Source: a virus
Virus record (IMG/VR): IMGVR_UViG_3300045988_017301
DNA length: 50,202 nucleotides
Reading direction: 5' to 3' (one strand)
Part shown: positions 36,472 through 42,839 of the stretch, in pieces
How positions within the stretch are numbered: the first letter of the stretch is position 1
How the letters are laid out: each line of letters begins with the position of its first letter
Notes under the pieces: model-generated
Told to the model about the DNA's origin: nothing
The model's database searches: none
Seen by the model: only the letters and a program-made list of their open reading frames with translations
Program-made: the position numbers and the translations under genes

Positions 36472-37820
36472 TAAAAATAATCCCTCCATGTATCCACGAC
36501 TGTTTTTGCCAGATCCTCTTTCTTCGCCAGTGCTTTCAGCACCACTTCGTCTATCGTTCCCTCTGTGATGAGGTGGATATAAGTGCAGGCATTCTTCTGC
36601 CCGATACGGTGGATTCTGGCAAGGCTCTGACTGTATGCTGCATAGTTGAAGTTGACCGAATAATACACACAGGTATCTGCGGCCGTGAGTGTGATTCCCA
36701 GTCCTGCGGTATCGATCTGTGCAAGGAATACCATCGTTTCCGGGTTCGTCTGGAAGTCCTTGACGATGTCGCCCCTGTCCTCCAGTTTCACATCTCCATA
36801 GATTTCTCCGTAGCGGAGTTTCTTCTTTTTCAGCATCTGCCCGATGATGTCTATCTCCGGCCTGAAACGTGCGAAGATTACCAGTTTCTTTCCTGCGTCC
36901 ACCACATAATCGTCCACGATTTCTTCCAGTGCGTTCAGTTTGCCCTTGCTGACCAGTTCTGGCTTTTCCTCGCCGTCTGCCACTAAAAATCCGCCAGTGA
37001 ATTGCTGAAGGCGAAGCAGCTTTGTCAGCACGGTCGTTGCGCTGATCTGCCCGCCGCTTTCCAGTTCTGCGAAACTCTCACGCTTGATTCGGTCGTAGAT
37101 GTTCTTTTCCTTTGCCGACATCGTTATGTATCTCTGCAGGAATGTCTGCTCCGGCAGGTCGAGTGCTTCGTCCTTGGTCACTCGGTATGCGATGGAGTGC
37201 TCTTTCTGGATTAACTGGTCGAGGTCTTTGTATCCCACGATCTGGTGTCTGTTAAATCCGCCCATGATGGCATATCTGTTTCGGAACTGATAGAAGTTCG
37301 TTCCGAAGATTGTCGGGTCAAGGAAGCGGTACTGGCTATACAGGTCGATTGCATTATTCTGTACCGGAGTTCCGGACAGGATAAGTTTGTACTTTGCCTG
37401 GTCGCCCAGTTTGTGCATTGCCTTGGACTGCTCTGCATCGTGGCTCTTGATTCTCTGGCTCTCATCGCAGATGATCATGTCTGCGTTCCATTCATACAGT
37501 GCATCAAAGATACCTTCTCTCCATGTGGATTCGTAATTGATAACGGCTACCTTTAATGCCTTGAATGGGAAGTTGTCGAGATCGTTTAACAGCTTCAGCC
37601 TGCGGTTCTTGTCTCCGAGCAGTACCTTGATGTTCGCCTTGAAGTCTGCAAATTCTGCGAAGTCCTTGGGCCATACGGAGCAGACGGAGGTTGGTGCTAC
37701 CACCAGTACCTTTTCCACCTTACCCATCTGGTAAGCCGTGCCTGCTATCATGATTGCTGTTAGCGTCTTTCCACATCCCATTTCAAAAAGCAGACCGAAG
37801 CCTTTATGCGTTTCTGCCAT
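36471..37820 (-). CDS. SNF2-family ATPase, core fragment (motif I onward)
   Basis: Starts MAETHKGFGLLFEMGCGKTLTAI (Walker A), with ..MIICDESQRIK.. (DExx) and ..QSLARIHRIGQ.. (motif VI). It lacks the upstream Q/PxxHQ motif. Confidence 0.85.
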   Translation of the reverse strand: MAETHKGFGLLFEMGCGKTLTAIMIAGTAYQMGKVEKVLVVAPTSVCSVWPKDFAEFADFKANIKVLLGDKNRRLKLLNDLDNFPFKALKVAVINYESTWREGIFDALYEWNADMIICDESQRIKSHDAEQSKAMHKLGDQAKYKLILSGTPVQNNAIDLYSQYRFLDPTIFGTNFYQFRNRYAIMGGFNRHQIVGYKDLDQLIQKEHSIAYRVTKDEALDLPEQTFLQRYITMSAKEKNIYDRIKRESFAELESGGQISATTVLTKLLRLQQFTGGFLVADGEEKPELVSKGKLNALEEIVDDYVVDAGKKLVIFARFRPEIDIIGQMLKKKKLRYGEIYGDVKLEDRGDIVKDFQTNPETMVFLAQIDTAGLGITLTAADTCVYYSVNFNYAAYSQSLARIHRIGQKNACTYIHLITEGTIDEVVLKALAKKEDLAKTVVDTWRDYF

Positions 37821-37945
37821 TGGTTTTTACCTCCTTCCTGTGATTTTCTTTTGCTTTGCGGTGCTCCAAATTTCGCACCATCCTGTTCCAACCTGCTTCC
37901 TGCTGCTTGGTTGCTGCGGGGTTTCGACAGGATATGTAATCTCTG

Positions 37946-39682
37946 TTATTTCTGCTCATCTGCATCCTCCTCGCTTAGTATCATGGAAATGCCTTCCATC
38001 ACAAACATTGCACACGGAAGTGCTATGCCGTTGCCCCACATCTTATATTTGGCTGAGTCGCTCTCCGGGTCTTTCAGCCATTTGCAGATCTGGTTGTCTG
38101 TCTTTTCCTTTTTGCTCTCGCCCATGGCTTCTATCTGCGTTCGGAACACCTCTCGCCAGTGATCGATATCTTCCTGTGTTGGTTCTGGTATCCCCAGTTC
38201 CTCTGCCCAGTTATCTGGGAAGCCTTGCAGTCTGCAGCATTCCAATGGTGTGAGCCTGCGGATGATGTACTCCCAGAGAATGAGGTCGGTGCTGTCCTTA
38301 TAATCCCTGCGTTTCAGACAGGAGGCTTTCTCCGATTCCTCATATTCCCCGATTGCTTGTTGTGCGAAGCAGGCTACTCCGTGCCTGTCTGCGGCCGTGA
38401 GTGTGTTGGCAGGTGCTCCCGGTTCTCCGATGCCAAGTCCATTTGCAGAGCCGTCATTGTTTCTGGTGCTCCCACCACCCTTGTATCGGGTCGCCTTATC
38501 TGCTATCGGAATAGCGACTCCAACTGTCGCTTGTCCGGTCTTTGGATTGCCCTGTGTAAGGCATGGAGTTTTTCCTTCGAATACAGTCGGGTCTTGTGTG
38601 ATATGAAGTGCCATTGGCTCGATGATTGTTCCAACCGAACTCCCATGACCGCTTCCATGGAGCGTCTCCGATTTATCGTTTCCCAGTGAGAGGTTTCTCT
38701 GATCCACTGCTCTAACTTCATTCATTATCATTGGCACATTGCCCCCCCCTGTTCCCATTCGACTGGTCAGCGTTGGTACATTGCCGTCCTCTGCTATCGT
38801 CACTCTGCTGTCCTGTGGGTGGTTTTCCAATACAATGGGTACATTGTTACCGCCGGTTCCCATCTTAGTTGTGAGCGTGGGTGATACCTCGCTCTTATCT
38901 GCTACTCTGCGTCTGTCGCTGATGTCATAGCACTCGACATCATCTGTGCCTGTCTTATGAGTGCCAGTCTTAATATCTCCGGCAGTTCTTTGCCACGCTT
39001 CTCGGCTCTCCGCAAAATTCCCAGACAAGCCTTCTCGCTCAAATAATATTTTTGGTGCGGTGTTTCCTCCAAAATCTGCGACAAGGTAGATACGCTTTCT
39101 TCTTTGGGGCACTCCCCAGTATTGGGCATCAAGCACTCGCCAAGCGATGGAGAAATGGTCGCCCATGATGCATCCGGCTGTCTGCCATTTTCCCTTCGGA
39201 GGGAGAGGTACATTGGATTCTTCGTCTGTGATGCTGACGATTTCTTGGAGGACTGCCTGGAAATCTTTGCCCTTGTTGCTACTGAATGCTCCGGGCACGT
39301 TCTCCCAGACCATGTATCTCGGTCTGATCTGCGTTCCTGTTCTGCCTGCTGCTCTGTCACTTTCTCTCATCTCCTTTATGATCCGTATCTGCTCACGGAA
39401 CAGATTGCTTCGTGAACCGTCCAGACCCTCACGCTTTCCGGCTATGCTCATGTCCTGGCATGGAGAGCCGCCTGCGATGATGGTCACTGGCTCTAAGTCT
39501 GCGCCGTTTAATTTATTGATGTCTCCGAGGTGTTTCATTTCCGGGAAGTTCTTTGTTGTTACCAGTATCGGGAATGGTTCTATCTCGCTTGCCCATATCG
39601 GTCTGATTCCGAATATCGATCCTGCCAGTTCAAAGCCGCCGCTCCCGGAGAACAAAGACCCCATTGTTATTTCCTGCTTCAT
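37946..39682 (-). CDS. DNA (cytosine-5) methyltransferase with an expanded, repeated target-recognition region (candidate multispecific enzyme)
   Basis: FSGSGG (I), GGSPCQDMS (IV), ENVPG (VI), QRRKRIYLV (VIII), ..RRLTPLECCRLQGFP.. (IX), GNGIALPC (X). Repeated xTLTx..G..V modules lie between VIII and IX. Start set at the ATGA overlap (39682). Confidence 0.85.
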   Translation of the reverse strand: MKQEITMGSLFSGSGGFELAGSIFGIRPIWASEIEPFPILVTTKNFPEMKHLGDINKLNGADLEPVTIIAGGSPCQDMSIAGKREGLDGSRSNLFREQIRIIKEMRESDRAAGRTGTQIRPRYMVWENVPGAFSSNKGKDFQAVLQEIVSITDEESNVPLPPKGKWQTAGCIMGDHFSIAWRVLDAQYWGVPQRRKRIYLVADFGGNTAPKILFEREGLSGNFAESREAWQRTAGDIKTGTHKTGTDDVECYDISDRRRVADKSEVSPTLTTKMGTGGNNVPIVLENHPQDSRVTIAEDGNVPTLTSRMGTGGGNVPMIMNEVRAVDQRNLSLGNDKSETLHGSGHGSSVGTIIEPMALHITQDPTVFEGKTPCLTQGNPKTGQATVGVAIPIADKATRYKGGGSTRNNDGSANGLGIGEPGAPANTLTAADRHGVACFAQQAIGEYEESEKASCLKRRDYKDSTDLILWEYIIRRLTPLECCRLQGFPDNWAEELGIPEPTQEDIDHWREVFRTQIEAMGESKKEKTDNQICKWLKDPESDSAKYKMWGNGIALPCAMFVMEGISMILSEEDADEQK

Positions 39683-40005
39683 CTGCTCCACCCCAGTTTC
39701 TTTCCGCACCAGTGGCAGTGCGTATGATTTCGGGAGGTTCTCTTTCCGCAGGCAGGGCAGCAGTAAAAGTCCATACCTCTCTTGATTACTGGTGCTTCTG
39801 TCTCGTATTTTTCGACCATCCGCTTATGCTCATCTGCCATGCTCTGATAGTCATATATGATGTCCATCGCCTGCGTGAGTGCTTCCTCGACCTTTTCCGC
39901 CAGTTCGACTTCCATTTCGAGATCCCCCTCGCTGATCATCTTCGTATATCCTGTCTGTGCAGTCTTAAGGAATGGGATGATTTCTGTTTCCTTGATATGT
40001 ATCAC
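39679..40005 (-). CDS. Hypothetical protein with a C-terminal zinc ribbon
   Basis: GTG start with AAGGAGG 7 nt upstream. CPACG..(8)..CHWCG. Confidence 0.6.
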   Translation of the reverse strand: MIHIKETEIIPFLKTAQTGYTKMISEGDLEMEVELAEKVEEALTQAMDIIYDYQSMADEHKRMVEKYETEAPVIKRGMDFYCCPACGKRTSRNHTHCHWCGKKLGWSR

Positions 40006-40373
40006 TTCTCCGCCTCCTTTGGTTTCGGTGGGTCTACCAGTCCGAATGTCATAAGCGCCATGTTGTATCCTCGCACCTGGTGCGTGAATGGCGACACTTT
40101 GACTGGCGGTGGGATGAGCGGCTCTGGCTTCGGGTTCATGCGTTCCCGGTCGACTGCTGCCATTACTTCGTTCAGCTTCTTTCGCTCTGCTTCGATGGAC
40201 GGTGGCAAGTTTACCAGTCCTGCCAGTCTGTTCAGCAGTTCGATGTCAGCCGGTCCGCTTAGTGTCTGCGTCTGCCTGCTCCACTTCATCTTTCCCCAAC
40301 TCTTTATGATTGTGAACTGGACATTGTCTGCTTCTCTTATGAGTATCTGTCCGTCCTTCATTGCCATTTTCAT
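40002..40373 (-). CDS. SNF2-family ATPase, detached N-terminal fragment (carries the PxxHQ motif)
   Basis: Ends ..KVSPFTHQVRGYNMALMTFGLV.., the segment normally found about 20-25 aa before the GxGKT that opens ORF 36471..37820. Confidence 0.6.
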   Translation of the reverse strand: MKMAMKDGQILIREADNVQFTIIKSWGKMKWSRQTQTLSGPADIELLNRLAGLVNLPPSIEAERKKLNEVMAAVDRERMNPKPEPLIPPPVKVSPFTHQVRGYNMALMTFGLVDPPKPKEAEK

Positions 40374-40393
40374 TGTTGGTTACTTCCTTCCTG

Positions 40394-40636
40394 TTAGTCC
40401 GCGTTTTCTTCGTATTCGTCTCTGGATATTACTCTTACCTTTTCAACCAGGACGTGGCAGAACTGCGCCATGCCTTCCTTCTGGCTCTCTGCGTATTTCT
40501 TGAAATCAGCCTTCTGTAATCCGCTGAGTGAAATATCTACAATCGTTGCTGCATATCCGACTGTGCCTTCTCCACCATATATCTCTGCGTCCTTTACCTC
40601 GAAGTAAATTCCGAGCGACATTGTTATATTGTCCAT
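40394..40636 (-). CDS. Hypothetical protein
   Basis: 80-aa ORF. Confidence 0.55.
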   Translation of the reverse strand: MDNITMSLGIYFEVKDAEIYGGEGTVGYAATIVDISLSGLQKADFKKYAESQKEGMAQFCHVLVEKVRVISRDEYEENAD

Positions 40637-40665
40637 GCTTGCTTCCCCTTCCTGCGACCGTTCAT

Positions 40666-41397
40666 TTACTCTTCCGTGTAGAATGTGTGGTTACCGTGTG
40701 TGAATAATTTTTTCAGTGTGGTGTTGTGCCATGTGGTTTCATCCGTGGTTCTCTCGAAGTATGTCGCTCCTCGGCTCTCATCCCAGTGCTCTACCTGCAC
40801 CATTTCCAGTGCCCGGTAGCAGTCTGCGTCCGGTTCTACCCTGTCGTATCTTCCATTTTCGTATGCTGCGAACTGGGTATCCTCTGTGATCACTCCCTCG
40901 ATGGTATCTGGGAAGTCATCGCTCCATACTCGGTTCAGCACTACCAGTATGACCAGTGCCTTGCCCTCGGTGTCCTCGCCCTCTGCTTCTGCCATGGCGA
41001 TTTTCGCTAATCTGTAGGAGTCATCTGCATCCCAGTCCAGACTGCCGATTGCTGCGGTCGTTGTCGGTACTGGTGTCTCAGTGCTCTGGAGGATTGCGTT
41101 GTAGTAGGATTGTTCCTCTGCCTGCTCTGCTGCCTTGTATGCGTCACGCTCTTTGCACATCTGTTCATATTCTTCCTGCGTAAGCCATGTGTCCGAGCCT
41201 TCCACCTGCACCATGCCTATGTGGTTTTCCTCTATGTACTCGCTCCAGTCCGGCATCGGTTCGTTTGCCCATGCGATAAATAATCCGACAAACATTCCCG
41301 CTCCCACTATTACCGCTACTGCATCCCCTGCTATGCGCTTCAGCTTTCTTTTCAGAATTCGCTTCTGTCTCCTACTGAGTTTCAAATCGTCATGCAC
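40666..41397 (-). CDS. Membrane-anchored cell-wall hydrolase, SleB/CwlJ (Hydrolase_2)-like
   Basis: N-terminal TM AVAVIVGAGMFVGLFIAW. C-terminal ..LAKIAMAEAEGEDTEGKALVILVVLNRV..FPDTIEGVI..QFAAY..GATYF. Confidence 0.7.
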   Translation of the reverse strand: MHDDLKLSRRQKRILKRKLKRIAGDAVAVIVGAGMFVGLFIAWANEPMPDWSEYIEENHIGMVQVEGSDTWLTQEEYEQMCKERDAYKAAEQAEEQSYYNAILQSTETPVPTTTAAIGSLDWDADDSYRLAKIAMAEAEGEDTEGKALVILVVLNRVWSDDFPDTIEGVITEDTQFAAYENGRYDRVEPDADCYRALEMVQVEHWDESRGATYFERTTDETTWHNTTLKKLFTHGNHTFYTEE

Positions 41398-41404
41398 CTC
41401 CTGC

Positions 41405-41557
41405 TTACTTCTCGACTGCTTCCAGTCTCTTTTCCTTCCTGTTGTAGAGGATCATCTCTTTTTCATCCTCTGAATGGAGCATATAGTCATCTGGGTTCAT
41501 TCCCTTCTTGACCAGTATCTCTTTCTGATTCCTTGTCAGTTTCTTTGGCTGTTTCAT
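41405..41557 (-). CDS. Small protein (50 aa, MKQPKKLTRNQKEILVKKGMNPDDYML..)
   Basis: AAAGGAGAG RBS. The stop lies 7 nt before the next gene's RBS. Not in the ORF track. Confidence 0.5.
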   Translation of the reverse strand: MKQPKKLTRNQKEILVKKGMNPDDYMLHSEDEKEMILYNRKEKRLEAVEK

Positions 41558-41974
41558 ATGCTCTCTCCTTTATACTTACTTGACTTTTACCAGTACCTCA
41601 TTATGCTCTCTAGGCTTCTTGGGTCTGGCATGGAACAGGTTCTCCAAGGCTTTGAAGAGTAACTGTTCCGTTCATGCTCCCTGAGTATTCTTTGGGGTAG
41701 CTGTACTAGTCGCCTGCAGTGCGGTCTTTTTCATTCCCCGCTACCGAGTGTTAAATCGCACCCACGCATCCATGCTCTCGGTATTCTCTCTCTGCGTGTT
41801 TCTCATCTGCCTCCGAACCGTTGTTGTTTTACTTGGGTCTGCGTTCCCTACCCCAATTACGACAGCCATTCATGCAGGCTCATGTCCTGCTGCCGAAGCG
41901 ATTTACTGCGGCGGCTCGCTCCTACCTATCGGTTTTTATTCTGGTCGATGCTTGCCAGTGTGTTTCTTCGGTAT
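41558..41974 (-). ncRNA. About 420-nt ORF-free, helix-rich segment. Candidate structured RNA or cis element, class unknown.
   Basis: No minus-strand ORF longer than about 21 codons. Complementary pairs: 41692-41700/41848-41856 (9 bp), 41742-41748/41776-41782 (7 bp), 41632-41638/41663-41669 (7 bp, extended by GCAT/ATGC). Confidence 0.35.
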
Positions 41975-42400
41975 TCAGTTTTTAGGTATGATGCATACGC
42001 ATCGTTCTGTTTTCTTGGTATCTGTTGCCTGCACCGGGCAGGTGTAGTTGATCTTGCCATTGTCAGTGCTGCTTCGGAGCATTCCGCTTTCGTACAGGTG
42101 TTTCCTTGCGTATCTGGCACTCACTCCCTTTGTACTGCAGAAGTGATTAAACTCTGGAACTCTGATGCGGTATTCTCCGTCCTCCAGTTCCTTATCCTTG
42201 GTCAGCTCTGTCACAAAGGCATCTGTGTCAATCAGTGCGGTCTGCTTGTCCAGTGCTCTCCATTCTGCCAGTTCATCAAGTCCGTTGATGTCAACCTGTG
42301 CCTTGCTGAACACATCCAGTATCATGGGGATTCTTTCATCCGGGGCCGCTGCCAGTATCTTTGCTATCTGTATGGCAGTTTTGATATCCAGTTCTTCCAT
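41975..42400 (-). CDS. Hypothetical early protein
   Basis: 141-aa ORF, second gene of the early operon. Confidence 0.6.
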   Translation of the reverse strand: MEELDIKTAIQIAKILAAAPDERIPMILDVFSKAQVDINGLDELAEWRALDKQTALIDTDAFVTELTKDKELEDGEYRIRVPEFNHFCSTKGVSARYARKHLYESGMLRSSTDNGKINYTCPVQATDTKKTERCVCIIPKN

Positions 42401-42418
42401 TCCACTTGCTCCTCTCTG

Positions 42419-42619
42419 TTAGATGGAATGCTGTGCGACCTCTGCCTTGTACGGTTCTCCGCCTCTGGCGAGTTCACGGTACATGGTAGCCGAGTGGACA
42501 CCGATTGCCATCGCCATCTCATCTACTGTTTTGCCCTGTGCGTTCAGTGCTTCGATTTTCTTTCTGTCCTCGAATCCGATGCGCTTGTACGCTTTTCTCG
42601 GTCGCTTATTGGTTGCCAT
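42419..42619 (-). CDS. Stand-alone HTH protein, paralog of the IS30-transposase N-terminal DNA-binding domain (HTH_38-type)
   Basis: KRIGFEDRKKIEALNAQGKTVDEMAMAIGVHSATMYRELARG versus transposase KQLSRADRLKIEALLKAGHGKQEIADQIGVHVSTIYRELQRG: 22/42 identical by my alignment. Confidence 0.7.
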   Translation of the reverse strand: MATNKRPRKAYKRIGFEDRKKIEALNAQGKTVDEMAMAIGVHSATMYRELARGGEPYKAEVAQHSI

Positions 42620-42654
42620 TGCTCTCCACCTCCTCTGTTTTTAGGCAAAAAAAT

Positions 42655-42690
42655 AAATGCGCCAGAGTGATTATTCACTCTAACGCATTT
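42655..42690. promoter_or_regulatory. 36-bp imperfect palindrome (15/18 arm pairs), AAATGCG...CGCATTT
   Basis: aaatgcgccagagtgattattcactctaacgcattt, flanked by an A-run and a T-run. Candidate operator or bidirectional terminator. Confidence 0.6.
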
Positions 42691-42712
42691 ATCAATTTCT
42701 TATAAAAATTAA

Positions 42713-42748
42713 AAATGCGAAGTGAGTTATATCACTCATTTCGCATTT
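42713..42748. promoter_or_regulatory. 36-bp imperfect palindrome (16/18 arm pairs) with the same AAATGCG/CGCATTT ends
   Basis: aaatgcgaagtgagttatatcactcatttcgcattt. It abuts the -10 of the promoter at 42749-42777. Confidence 0.6.
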
Positions 42749-42777
42749 ATCTTATTACTTCACGATTGAAAAGTCAA
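42749..42777 (-). promoter_or_regulatory. Sigma-70-like early promoter, TTGACT-17-TAAGAT
   Basis: Minus strand reads TTGACT tttcaatcgtgaagtaa TAAGAT, about 130 nt upstream of ATG 42619. Confidence 0.55.
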
Positions 42778-42839
42778 GCAATAAATGCAAAACTTTACTT
42801 GCGAAACATCATTTCATCATTTTGCACAACTCTGTTTGC

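Noticed and set aside
42655-42748. The two palindromes interpreted simply as rho-independent terminators of the transposase gene
   Set aside because: Not fully rejected. A strong promoter sits immediately upstream of them, and their four half-sites share a specific consensus. A pure terminator explanation therefore seems insufficient, and they are reported as a finding with alternatives.
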